Part shown: positions 1 to 14,400 of the stretch, piece after piece | How the letters are laid out: each line of letters begins with the position of its first letter | Numbering within the stretch: the first letter of the stretch is position 1 | Assembly: GCA_030141605.1 (NCBI GenBank) | Contig: JAQGDQ010000007.1 | Location: forward strand, 1,475,173 to 1,539,172 | Length of the DNA stretch: 64,000 bases | Direction: 5' to 3' | Source of the DNA: Tubiluchus corallicola | Taxonomy: Eukaryota; Animalia; Priapulida | Notes under the pieces: generated by a model | What the model was told of the DNA's origin: nothing | The model's database searches: none | Seen by the model: only the letters and a program-made list of their open reading frames with translations | Translations under genes and position numbers: made by a program

Positions 1-1260
1 AGTTCTGATCTGATGACATCCCACTGAAACAGGTAAGCAATGTTGTAGTTAATAGCATGGCCTCTAATGAGCGATCTCGTGCATACTTCCCTCTAACATA
101 CTGTCATCGACTCGGCCTAACTACCCCTCGCGTGTGTACATAGAGACAACAAACTCACACAGGAGCATCAATCTTCGCAAATGTATGGCTGCCAAATCAA
201 TAAAATGCTCGGATTGTTTTGTAACGATGGATGGCCGAACTGTTAAGACGTATAGTGGTGATGGAAGCCAAGAGTTTTCCATTTACCATCTGAACGATGG
301 TGTTGTAGCAGGCTGAGAGGATTATTATTGATTAATTAAAATATCGACCGGCGAGACCAAAGACAGTGTACATAAGAATCGTTAAAGTCAACAGTAAACT
401 CAGCTCAGGATAAGCCAGGGATTCTTCGCAACTGGGTAAAGATAAAATTGGGAGTTAAACTGTTAGGCACTCTTTGAAGTCATGCAGTTAACTCTGATTT
501 AGAAGATAAAACTATTGATTCGTTAATATTATTTTACAGATTTTTTATTAAGTATTGAAACTTAAGGAGCGCTTATAGTTTAAAATACACTGTAGCAAGA
601 TGATGAGGAAAGTCTAATAAACGTGTAATGTTGTTTCCATTAGAATTTTGTTTAAATGGAAATTTGTCGAAAATCAGATATTTAGTAATATTTCCAGATC
701 GAGACAAAACTGCACCTCAAATACCTTGGCTATGATCAAATCTAGGTTCATATTTTCGTTTTACGACCCTTTATTTCATCTGTATGCTAATCATAATAAT
801 GTGTTTTTAATGAACAAAATTACTAACTTGGTTAAAGTTTATGAAACGCTTGTGGGAAAAAAGAAAAATTCTCTTTTTGTCGCTAGGCGTTCTAATTCCT
901 AATGATGTCGCGCAAGTTATGAATCAGTTTTCGTATCAATTAGGTTAAAGTAATCAAATGGCAATTTTTCATTTTTTGACAACCACAAACAATTCATTAC
1001 AGCCTAAGGGAATTATAGCGCACAGTCATTTTTCTATTTGTGATAAGCACAGTAGTCCCTGTAGCATTGATACAACAACACATATACGAGAACTGCACGG
1101 GGAGCTTACATTCATGTTGCTATTACCAATATGCATATTGCTATTACCATCTAGTTTACAACTGTTATGATTACAGCTTTATGCAAGTAGGCGTACATGT
1201 ATTTAGCACGGTAATGCGATACTTAAACGAGCTATATTTTCTGGAGTATTTTTATTACTT

Positions 1261-1447
<187 letters not shown>

Positions 1448-2411
1448 TAAATTCATGATGTAACATGTACATCAAGTAAACAATAGTTTACAACAGTAAA
1501 TAAAGTAAACACGGTGCACAGTGGTAGTTATTTCAACAACACATCAGTTTAACTGGGGGATTAAATTGATTTACATATTTTCCCAAGTAATAAGATGAAA
1601 AGAGATACTCACAAACCAAAAACCAAAGGTTGAAGAAATACCGACTGCAATTAGTATATAATTAGTTTGATTGTAATGAATGAAAAATAATTAGTGGTTA
1701 CATTCAATGATGTTATTCTATTTGCTGGACCTTTTCTACAAGACCACCCGTTTACTTACAAGACTTACACTTTGCAAATATTAAATGACAAAAATCTCAT
1801 ACCATTTTCGCCGAGCACTGATACCAATTAATGTAATGAAAAACTGGGGGAGTCGTTGATATCACCAAAACATTAGGCCATGCATTATATGACGTCGTAG
1901 CGCAAGTAAGCTTCTCTGTGTATATTTCGTAGTCCCTGGCCGAGAACATTAAAGACAAGCGAAATTTCATTTAATTTTACGTAGTGCTTTTTTTAGTAAA
2001 GATAAAAGGAAAAAATTAAATGTTCTAATACCTAACTATAACAACAAAACGCATGCCTACAAAACAGACAAAATGGGTTCATTTAAATAGAAAACCGTGC
2101 TCAATGAGAAACGCACAAATTTACGGCATTCGTAGAGAACTAATTATTGTTGCATTGCATTACTGGTACTTATAACAGTTTCACTTGATATCGAATGTGA
2201 TTATTTAGGTAACATTAGGCGCAGATTAGTAATCCTTAAGCAGTTTGTTCGCGAATAATTTTGAGACTTGGACAGTTTATAATTTCGCTAGGTAACGAGT
2301 TCCAATAAACGTAAAATGTAATTCCCAAATGAAAATTAACACACACTGAGTCTAGAAAACTTAATATATAGCCATTGCCTCTAAAACTAAACCTATCGAA
2401 CAAAAGCAAAA

Positions 2412-2779
2412 ATGGTTAAACTTTATTCAACTAATGAGTTATAATGTTACATCAACTTCGTGATGTAAAATGGTTCTTCGTTCTTAAGTTTCATGTACAT
2501 CTTGTTTCATAATAATCTCCTTCTAAAATAACTATGGTTAAACTTTATTCAACTAATGAGTTATAATGTTACATCAACTTCGTGATGTAAAATGGTTCTT
2601 CGTTCTTAAGTTTCATGTACATCTTGTTTCATAATAATCTCCTTCTAAAATAACTATGGTTAAACTTTATTCAACTAATGAGTTATAATGTTACATCAAC
2701 TTCGTGATGTAAAAAGGTTCTTCGTTCTTAAGTTTCATGTACATCTTGTTTCATACTAATCTCCTTCTAAAATAACTAT
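2412..2779. repeat. Tandem repeat, 3 x 122 bp, nearly perfect
   Basis: The unit atggttaaactttattcaac... starts at 2412, 2534 and 2656. Confidence 0.95.
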
Positions 2780-3194
2780 ACAGCTTTTCACACAAATTAA
2801 AGAAACCATTACGAACTCTACATTGGACTGCAGCATAATTTAGTAAGCACCAAATGCAAGGATTTTAAATTGCTTGTATCTAAGCGTCTGATTCTAACAA
2901 TTTACAATTAGATGCAACAATTTAGATGTACAATTTAGCATGTATGATTCAATATATTTCAACAACTTGTCCATTAAAATAGCTCGAGTATTTTCAAGTT
3001 CAAATAAATTATTACTTCAAAGTCACAACGTTCTTTTGTTACAGGTAATTGAACAATAAGCATTTTGCTGACCTCACTTAAATGAACTTCGATCAATCTA
3101 AGCCAACCAAAGTCAAGACCAGTATTGGGTAATGGTCAATTTCTAGCGAAGCTACCTTTCATATATTTCAATATTACGACACGAAACTGCTGCT

Positions 3195-3360
3195 ATCTCC
3201 TCTGTCCCATTCCATCTCTCTTTATGTTGCACTTATTCTGTTTCTTTTTCTCGCTACCTATTCCTCTCTGTCTTTTTCTCTTCCCATTCTTTTTCTCTCT
3301 CTGCCTCTCTCTCGCTCTATCTGTCTCTGTCTCTCGCTCTCTCTCTCTTTCTCTCTCACT
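3195..3360. repeat. Degenerate (CT)n pyrimidine tract
   Basis: Directly visible. Confidence 0.85.
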
Positions 3361-5389
3361 TGCGTGCATCTTTTGGATAAGTAGTGACATAACGATAACT
3401 GAATAAAGTTTTTGTTTATTAAATTCGTGAAAGCATATCATTAATTTTGCAGTCGATCTTCCAAGGAAATATTGTTTCTTGTTTGACATGCTCCATAAGC
3501 TTCAACGATATTGAATGTCAGTGTTACAGTAGCAGTAATTAGTGTAAATATACGGCTTCAGTTTATCATTACTGTCTACCGGTAATGTTACCAGATGTTT
3601 AGCAGACCGTTTCCGTAATAATGATGCTTGATATCAACACATTATTTTTAAATTAGAACCAAAGGTGTAACGTAGACTCATACAGCAGCACTTGAGTGAT
3701 TATTTACAGTGATGAGTTATTGATTAATTAGACAGTACTTTTCTGCCTGCTAATGAAATGAAACTCATTATTAATTGCTGTTATATTATATACGCAAACG
3801 AGATTTAATTTTTGTAAGATCTGCAATTAAATATTTCTAATAAAATAACAGCATAAAAGTCTGCACTTATCTACAGACTACACTAGGTTTACATTTTGCA
3901 TTATCGCGCATCTCTTCTACATGCCGTAATTAAGATAATAATCAAGTATTATAGAGTTGCTCGAAATGAAAAGTATCATTTGCAGAACACTGATTTCAGT
4001 AACAAATCAACATGTGTGTACTACCCGAATTATAAAATAAACAATTGTTTATTTAAAATTTCTTGTACATGTGTGTACAGCACAAAACTAACAACTGAGT
4101 AAACGAAGCAACTTAAAGTACATCAACAGCGTAAAGTGACTCTACAAATACTAAATAAATATAGGTAAGAACTCCATAAAGCAGTACTTGGGAAAAATTA
4201 AGCAAAGATAATATAAAGAAACTCCTACACTACAAGCACATAATGTTCAAGATTTATTGATCAAGTCTGTCTATAATGCCATCATAATTTCTCAAGCATT
4301 CATATTATACACTAACAACGCTCGTTTAATGTGCCGTTAAATCGTGATTACGCGACAGGTTAGAAAAATGCAGCACATTTTCACTTTAAAATCTCAGAAG
4401 TAATAACGAAAGGATGCAAGAAGAGACAACAAAAGAGAAGTGACATTACAGCAAGCCTATATTTAGCACATCAATTAATAAACGCCCTAAACAATAAACC
4501 CGTAAACCTGTTTTTCAAACGGCGGCGCAAGCGACATCAAAAGCGTGCACAAATAATTGAATGTTTTATCCATGCAAGCTTGATATGACAGGTTAATAAT
4601 TGCAACAAGGATTTAATAATGGAGTAACCCGACTAGACTATCATAGGTAGAGGACTACAGACTTCGCTACAAACACTAAATTTTAATTAATTTGCTGAAG
4701 ACTTGGCATGATTTTTTGTAACTGCAGTAATAAAATTAAAATTTTTTACCTAGCTGTTTGCAATAAAATCAAATTTTCGGCCTATACAAACTTGGCAAAA
4801 TTATGTAAAGTAAAATATCATATACAGTATTTAATTTTCTCAATAATTTTTTGCAAATAATTTTCTCTGTCTAACGAGTTAAAAGAACTAGAAAATAAAG
4901 ATTGTTGCGAATCAAACTGCATAAGACGCAATTAGCTTCAAACTGCATATAAGGCTTTTAAGACTGAATCAACTCACTAACAAGATGTAAGAAGCTTACT
5001 ATTTCCGTAAGCACTTTGCTATTTTCAAAATTCTACTAACTGCAGCTTACAATCGAAAACTTCTCTTGAAAACGTCGCTCATAAAGAAATTTGACAATCC
5101 CGTTTTTCTTCACAACGTTTAAGATTCGTGTAAAATTTTGCGCAAATTCACCAGTGCTTTGACGATGATCGCTATTTTAGTTCAAACAAATCACAGTCCA
5201 TAGAAAATCTATTGGAAACAAAAACAGATTTAAACGCCTTCGCGCTCCAAGTTTAGAAAAAGGAGGGTTTCAGAGAGAAAACTGATAAGTATAATTGTTT
5301 TCCCGTGCTGATAAACAAAAATGGATCAAATACAGACCATATGTATCACATGAAAGTATTAATAAAGCTTATAGTTACTCGTTGAAACG

Positions 5390-5395
5390 TTTATT
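5390..5395 (-). promoter_or_regulatory. Candidate polyadenylation signal (AATAAA) for copy A
   Basis: tttatt on the + strand lies ~95 nt downstream of the stop codon. The motif is common in AT-rich DNA, so this is weak. Confidence 0.35.
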
Positions 5396-5487
5396 TGATA
5401 GTAGTAAGTACATCAAAACGCAATTTGTAATTTTCATTTTTCAATTAAACTTTCAAACCGTGTCGTTGTGAGGCACAACCTTGGTTG

Positions 5488-8400
5488 CTAAGCGGCTTTC
5501 TTTGCCCGAAAGAGCAAGATTAAATAACCGATCAGTCTATATAGAACCATCAGAGCAAGCAACAATCCTATGTCTTTAGCAAAATTATCCTGTAAATTGT
5601 AAAGAAATGAAAAATTACTTGTTCACATTATTTAAATTAATTGTACAAGTACTAGTATATGAATACAAATGAATTCGAATACATATGAATACATAGCTTT
5701 TTATTAAACTAAAATATTATTGTCATTATTGTCATTGAATCAAACATTACGTCGAGAATGGCGCCACATGCCAGTTATTAACTGATACATGTGTAGTAAC
5801 CCTCAACAAGTGATAGGCCTAAGAGCCTTTGTGATTCTGGTTTACGGACAGTTCAGTTTCTTGTATAATATATCTATTACATGAACTTGGATCTAGATTC
5901 AAAAATGTGAAATCAGAACTTTGGAAGACGTCGGTTCTGTAAATTTTTTGACGTTTGACATTTGACATTATTTCCACTATATCTCGGCTGTATGAGGAAA
6001 AGAGTGCCCTTGATGATCTTGTTAAAGTACATATGCCTATGTTAAACAGATGCAATATAAGACAGCCATAAATATTTGCCTGTCATCGTTACCATTATAT
6101 TTCCATTATACATTTTTTCACCTAAATTTGATATAAATAGTACCAGTATTATTTTACAGAGTTGAAATTTACCTGGTCATAGCCAAAAAATTGGAGAACT
6201 TGCTTCCCGTCGCGTATACAAGTTGTATCATTGCGAAGACAAGCTGAAACAATTTAGCAAGTTTTGAATTTATAATTAAGTTTTTGAGAAACAGCAGAAT
6301 TAATAAACGACTCATTTAGTGTGTAACAGCATGTTATACAAAAACCAAACTTACCAATTTCTTTTATATCCTTCCACTGGTTGATGTTCAAAGCTTCATT
6401 GCCATGTTTGATTATGCTAAAGTACTCTATCCATTTAAAGTATACAGGGATTGATCTATATAGAAAAAATAAAGATACAGCGTTTCAACCACTGCGGGAC
6501 AAATAAAAGTTCATATGTCTCAATTACAACTTCATGGGTTAACAGATGTCAATTCATCTACAGTGTATCTCTATAGAATATTATCTATAAATGGTTGCTG
6601 CGGACTGTCAGCAAGTTTGACAATCTCAGGCACTAATCGCCTGTAGTTACAAATCTGATACAAAAATTGAGACAACGGTTAAATTTGCAGAGGCAAGGTC
6701 GATTTAAAACGAACTACAGGCGTCTTCTGCCTATCTATGCAGATCATTCTTAGTTTACTCAAAGTGAGCTTATTTACTTTTGGCATGGTTCTGTGTATAT
6801 TAGCATAACTACCCGGCAAGCAGCAGATCTTGGGTTCAACTCCCACTGAAGAGCTCCCACTTGTAAAACAAGCCCAGAAACTAATAATACTGATTCAGCA
6901 CTACATTAAGGTACGTTTGGTAAGTAAGGAATCTAATCCACGTTTAGTTCTTTTTTCAAAAATTATGTTCTCCAAACAATCCAACCAGTGTTACAATAAA
7001 CATTTAACAAGTAACATACAAGCTAGACTATGCTACCAATAATCTAAAAACACTGTGATTCGAAAGTGATTGTAATTAAATTTATAAAGATATAAATTTA
7101 TTATAAGTTATATCTGTATAAATTTATAAGAATATAAACTTACTCTAAATTTAAATTAAAACCTCCGACCACAAACAGTAACAGCATGACGGGAGAACCA
7201 GCAGCCATGACAACTTCGTAGTTTGATGAGCAACAAGACAACATGTAACCTAATGAAAGTACATATTTTGTATTTATTCTAGTAAAATATTAAGTATTGA
7301 AGTATGAAGCCTCTCAGCCCGAAATATCCACAGATCGGCGCTGAAGTCTGTCAGCTAACCCTTAACCTCTTTCAGTGTCTGTAGTCTTTCACATGTGGCA
7401 ACGAAACTGCCACCCACAAGGCAACTTGCACCTTTTTACTACATGTGTTGCAATAGATGAACTTGATGAGACCATAAAATGCTGCTAATCAAATAAATAT
7501 GATCAGGAAAGATATAGATATAAAAACCAATAAAGAAAAACGACAGGAGCGAACATTTGATTCGATTTGATTTAACCCTACATTTCAAACATAAGGTCAT
7601 GATGCAAAATATTCACTAGACGATGAAATTGTCAAACAAAACACTAATGATGAATGAAAAACGCACATAAACATAGATTTCTAGATATGTACAAAGATCA
7701 AAATTTTAACTAAATATCTTTAGTTAACTAAACTAAACTATAGAAAAAATAGTCTCAATATTCGTGGGTAAAGAATCTTGCCCCAAATTATTAATGATGG
7801 GATTGAATCTTCTATCATTATACAACTTTACCGCCTTTTACAAAAACGTTTTTACTGTTCTGGATTCTAATCTACAACGTATACGTCATGTATCAAAATA
7901 AGATTAGCCTATGGCTGATAGTTATTGCATTCGATACTTGCGAATATCTCGTCTGTAGCATTTTACTTTTAAAGATTGTAATTGTAAGAACGTCGCCAGA
8001 GTTAACTTACTTATTGCTACAGCGGCATCCGACGTCAAAATTATTACTCCTACGCAGGTGAAGAAATGAAAGGCAGAAGAATACAAACCTGAAAGATATA
8101 TTACAAATGATTTTATAGTAGTAGAAATAATCTTTATTAACACAGTAAATAAATCATTGCGGGTGAATTTTACAAAAAAACTCTAAAACAAACAGAGGTA
8201 CGTTTATGACAATGTGTCTAATAAATAACAAATTTTCAACTTGTCGATACACGTTTAAAGCCATATATGCAATAATCAAAAAAGTTTTTTGAAATTAGTA
8301 ATGTCCATATGATTATCTTTTTTCCTCATTTCCTTTGTTTTAGAGCACTTCCACACAAAGTGGTTCAGTTTTGTACACTCTTACAGGTACACAACCTTTG

Positions 8401-11400
8401 ATTACGTGGGATTCTTGACCAGCGGCTAATTTCTATTGTCACCGTATGAACAAACCCTGTACGTTGATACTCTCCTGGCGCTCGTCCATCAGAATGTACC
8501 TCTTATGAACAATGGCAGTTTAATTCAAGACGAAGTTCCAAGTTTTGCCTGGCTGACTCTTTGAGCTTAACAATGCCTAGTTACATCAGTTAAACACTGT
8601 CACTACAATAATCAGCTAAACAGAACTTAAAAAAGTAGATGGACACTCACCAATCATAAAATAGTCTATGACAACATAAATTAATGGCACGGTAGCAAAA
8701 AATGGCAGCTGAAAGAAAGAAAAAACTCAAATAACAAAACAAGTTTTAACTTATGCAAGTCTCCCGTTTGAATTGCAGACCAGTTCCCATGGCAGCGTGA
8801 AATACAAAAAACCTATATTTTTTACTGTGGATTTTATGGGAAACCACTGGTCATCAGCTTAAAAAGGAGGCTTGCAAATGTTAATCAATTGGTCAATTAA
8901 CATTACATATTTTTCTTTTATTTATTTCACATAAACAGCTCATATATAAACAGCTAACAATCGAATGAATTACACAAATCAATAAAATAAAATAAAAGAG
9001 AAGGAATGGCAAAATAATTACTGGCCTAAATGTATTCGGCCAGGTTGGGGAATAGGTTCTCGCACAGAGCGGACGTGTGTACAAGTCGTCTCGTGTTGCT
9101 AATAAGGCTATACTTGGCAGGCAATTAGTGTTATATACCTGTACAGCTATATAGGCTACAGTATGCAGAAACTTTAAATTATTTTCACTACTTTTAACTT
9201 TAAATTATTTACAACAGTGAGTGGTATTTTTGTGAGTACTTAAAGTAATGTCTGGGGCAACAAGAAAATATTGTCAAACGTGCACACAACGAAGACCAAA
9301 TTTGAAAATATGAGAGAACGTTTGGTGCATTGAAATATGTGACACTAAAGCCAAAAATCAAAGAAGCCAGAGCAGCAATACGTGTTCTAAATTTAGTGAA
9401 GGTAAAACGTTTTGTATAGAAGATTTAGCGTTGTTAGAAATCAAAGGGCAGTCAAAGTGTTTAGGCGTTTGTATATCTGTAAGGTATTTACAGTAATTAC
9501 TGTCGGCTAGACCAATTGTACATAAGAAGGAGTTATAACCTCTGCCAAGTAAAAGGTTGAGCGCAAGGGATTCTAAGCTTCTGCCATATCTACCAGTTGG
9601 TAGACCAGGGCTGTGAGAGAAGACATAGCATTTTCTGTATTCCTTCCGTTAAAAAAAGCCTCTGAATCGTATTATGCGGTTCCAGACGGCCATTTATCGA
9701 GATCTGCCCTGAGTGGATTAGCACTTTCAGCATTACGTTCGTTCAACCACATAGCTTACGTTTTCGTTTCTTGCTATACCAATGTTTTTTATAGTCCTCA
9801 GAAAAAATTTAGTTGCTGTTAAGTTACTTGTCAAAAAGTGCTTATGAAAAACACTGTTATTTAGTTCCCGCTCCATTGATAAGATATTGTCTTTAACCAA
9901 GTCTTCACCTGATCGGGACAGTGACTTTAAAATGAATCTGCAAACATTGGCTGAGAACAAAATATCCAAAGGGGGAATGCCACACATACGCTCAACCAAA
10001 TCTTTGGCAGGATTTTAACCGACACCCACTGCAGTTTTCAGATATGTGGGTGGCAACAGTGGTTATCCAAGCTTTTGTTTTCTGCCCTAATGCCTTTTTG
10101 TTAGTTCGTTCATCGTGAAGTCGCTATTGTATTAGCTGCTGTCATTATCAATGTACTGAAAGTTTTTCATGTTCTCTTCAATTTCCTGAAACCAACGAGT
10201 ATCATAGCCTGCTGCCTTTATATGTTTCCCCAGTAAAGAAAGTGCGAAATAAAACGTCACATTTTTCTTCATCACCGGCATAGTAATTTCCGTTTACTTT
10301 TAAAATATCAATGTTTTGTTGGGCCTGTTTAGTAAATACACTGTGATATGTCTTCCAGAAATCTTTACCTTTTTCCACGTTTAGATTAGACGCATTGCGG
10401 ATGTATTTGTCTCGTGTTGTATATTGCTATCAAAGAGATAATGTATTCAACCTTGTTCTCGTAGTGAGAAAGACGTAAATATTTCTTGCGCGCCGCCCTG
10501 GGGTTTTTAGACAGACCTAATAATGCTGAATTCCAAAACGGCTTACTGTATTTTGATATCCGTTTGTTAATTAACGATCTTGCGTTTGCTTCTATAACAG
10601 TATTTAAAAAAGCTGCCTGACCTTGTCCGCATTATCTGCGTTTAAAAGTGTAATAAATTCCGGAAACTTTGCTCTTATATTATGCTCTAAAGCACTAGAC
10701 TACTGTACCCAATTACCATTTTTCAAGTCGTTTACTGTGCGGGTATAAGCACTATTAGTGTTGCACCAATCAAACATACTAAAATGGGATAATGACCCAT
10801 TAGTGGGGCACTAGTAAACAATTCTGTTTTTTTTTGTCCACATACTGCCTCATCAAATGGGCAGTAAACCCAGTTGAACATAAAATGAGATCTATAACAC
10901 TGTTGCGAGACACATATTGGAAAGTTGGCTCACTAAAATGCTTGATGTAAAATACGCCCGTGCTCATTTGAGTCTTTGTCCCAAAGAAAATTTCGAGCGT
11001 TAACATCACCAACAGCTAATACACCGCACAAACTTTGCTGATCTGCAAAATCGAGTGCTTTTTGAAAGTTCAAAGTAAACGCTTTCATCAAGCATGATTG
11101 GCTTGGTTTGCTGTACAATGAGCTGACTAAAAACTTTTTACTTCCAAAATGTAGGAGAACCCAAATCACATCCAGTTCTCGTGATTCCAGTTCAAAGACT
11201 CTGCAAGCAGTTATACTATGTCTGACGAGAACAGCAGCTCCTCCTGAGTTTCCTTGAGACGGTTTAACGTATGAATTGTGATTTTTTAAAGAAGTTTTCT
11301 TATTCGCCCTTTATTTTATTTCTTGTAAGGCAATGATGTCGAATTTGCGCAAGTTAGCATAATTGTCTAAGGCGCATTGTGACCTGTCTGAAAAACAATT

Positions 11401-14400
11401 TATGTTTACTTGACAATATGACTTAGATAATTATGCGAATTATTAACCATTGTTAGGGTTTAATCGGTTTATCTCATCTATATAAGCTGGACATTTCTTG
11501 TTCCACGTTGCGTGTTGGTCACCACAATCAGACAATTACATGAGCTTGTCTCGTGTTTAGAAGAGCACCTGCCACATTTTGCTGGTTCTTTGCACCGTTT
11601 GGCGATGTGACCAAATTCTTGGCATTTGTAACACCGCAATGGATTGCGTTTTTGTACAAACGTTTCTACACCGCAGATCATCTGACCAATCGCTATCCTG
11701 TTAGTGGAACCACATTCGCAACCTCCTTATAACAAATCCTTGCTTTGAGGTTATTAATCTATAGTGCCAAGAAAGCTAATAGAAAACTGTATAACTTTTT
11801 GTTGACTTTCAAAAAGCGTATGGACAACGTTAAAAGAGGTGTTCTAATTAAAGTACTAAAACAATACGGTTTGTTGCAAAACGATGTTGAAAGCAAATCG
11901 TGCGTATGTAACTCAGGGTATTTTAGGAAACAAAACTTTTTGTTCAAATTGTGCCGTGAAACAGGGTTCACCCAGCTCATGTACCCTTTGTATTTACGCA
12001 AATCCACTAGTGCGCACGTTAAAAGCTCTAGGGCAAGATGGTTGGTAGCTCACTATATTTATTTGCGGTCTGTGATTACAGCTGATGCTAAGATGAGCTC
12101 TGTAGTTGCAAATCGCTTAGAGGTCAAGCAATCCCATGTACTTAAGTTTCGCACATTCACAGATAAAAATAAAGATTACCCTTTTTGGGTCAAGAAAAAA
12201 GTTTTAGATTCTGCCCTACTAGCAGGTGTTTTTACAGCAGTGAAACCGGGAATTACGAAAATATATCAGCTCAGTCACAAACCATTAATGCAATGTTTCC
12301 ACATCGCAAGAAATGTTAACTCAAACCTAGCAAAGTATCTTGCCAATTAACCAGCCGGCTGTCACATAGATTATTTTATCTAGTGATCCCGAAAAATTGA
12401 TAGATACAACTAGAGCTAGTGCCTCATCAAAGAGGATGACGTATAAACAATTAAATCCCACCCTAAAGCCACCTATGATTCCATGCAATATTGTCGAAAA
12501 ATTTTATAATGTAAATTTATTTTTATTATTAACGTTGTTAAAATATTGCGTTTATATAGATCATGTATGTGGAATATTACTTCACATGCATGGTTCTTTA
12601 GTGTAGGGAAAACGCATGCGGTTTGCTTGCGAGCGCATGATGTTCAACCCTGTGCGAAACTATACTAACGTTTTTTACGGCTTTCAATTCTTTAGCATAG
12701 CGGATACGCCGTTGGTTTAGGTACAGACACAGGCATACGCAGTAAACAAATCGGAATCACTATCACTTGGAGAAGGAGAGGAACCGTGGCTTTATGAACA
12801 AGACACATTTAAATAAAACATCTTTTTGCAGAATATCATATACGCACTGTTTTCTGTTTTGATGAAAAATACTTTCTAATACATTCATTTCTATTAAGCT
12901 ACTTTTGGTATTCATTAGTGCCACAAACTGCGATGAATTTCTCGTTACTTCCCAACTGACTAGATTAACTTTTTTAACAAACTGCTTTGGCTCTATGCTT
13001 TAAGTTTTACAGTTACTATCGAATCTGTTTTTTCGGAATTAGTTATTAAAGTTACAATCATTTAAATCTATCCTTTTTTCTCATCCGATTCTTTTCATAT
13101 ATATATAAACAGCGAACTGCATGTCTACCATCAACAATTCATTTTCATCTTCAACTTTGCATCATTTTTTCAATTTTAGCAAGTGCATGTACATGTAGAA
13201 GACAGAAATGAGCAATGTCGAGCTAAGGAATTCAATGATGTACGTTATACTGTATACTTCTAGCGGCCAAGTGCAATTACTTTGGCACAAGACCGTTCGA
13301 GCGGGCAAGAACAGACGCCAGGCAAGGTAAAATTTTACTCATGCCTAATTAAATTTTGATAGGCCTACAACGACGTGTTATCAGTTTAACATAATCACGT
13401 AACAGTTGTTTGGTAATTTCGTTAACAAAGCGAATGTCAGAACGCATACCTGTGCAAACATTTTGCTAAGATAATACGTGTCAAGCCTATAGTCACCATT
13501 AAAGTGTTCTCTCATAATTATTAGACTCTCCTCGCAAAATACCTGAAAAATAGGTCAATTTTATGACGGCATCTTAGCAAAAAAGGTCCAAGTTAACCAA
13601 GTCATAAGGTGTAATGTTAAAGTGGTAATAGTGTTTTTATCATACAGTCTGATTTTAAAGTTGTAATATTTCGTATACCAAAGTTAAGGAACGCTGCTTC
13701 TGGCGGTTTTTGATTAAGACGTCCCTGAAATTCACTCTTTCATCTCAGATGAATTATCCTTAGTATACGCAACGTTGCTTTCCTGCCATAAGTAGTGTCA
13801 AAACAAGTATGCCCTATTAGCAAGTGCTCGCAGCGTACCTTACTATATAAACATAAACAAACTTGCAAATATGATACAAGTTATATTGTTAAAGCTAACG
13901 CAAGGCCTATACGCAACTATTTCGTTAAAGTAAAATATTTTCTATGAAACTGTGAAACAGCAAACATCTACTTGCCAGGAGAATTGAAAACATGTTCTGC
14001 ATTAGAGTCATCATGACCAAGAGAAGTACAAAACCGGAAATGTTTTGAATGGCTTCCTGATTTAATTTCTGTTGCAAGTACATCATTCCAACCATCACCG
14101 CATTTACCTGAAAAATTTGTGTTAAAACCGTTTTCATAAATAAATATTGTCTATAATTTATTAATATATCTAAACGAGAGTATACACTAGACCTGAGCTA
14201 CTAAACGTACCTCTTATGAAATTTATTATGTTTCCTTTACAAGTTTAATTTGTCATATCTCAATTATCTGCAAAATTTTGTTTTTTGTTTGCTTATAATG
14301 GATAAAGCTCAGTAATAAACTCTACGACTACAACAAATAACCGAAATCAGTTCTGACACAGCAAAGTGGCGTCATCTGTAGAAAGTTTAGGTGAAATAAT

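Noticed and set aside
1-340. Possible plus-strand exon (AG|GTAAGC near 33) and 60-aa ORF
   Set aside because: All three frames have stops before the donor and no domain is recognisable.
2412-2779. CRISPR-like array
   Set aside because: The units are contiguous with no unique spacers, there are no cas genes, and the context is eukaryotic.
11745-12350. 201-aa plus-strand ORF as a novel gene or LINE antisense ORF
   Set aside because: It has a non-ATG start and is a mosaic of frameshifted RT motifs, so a decayed RT fragment explains it better.
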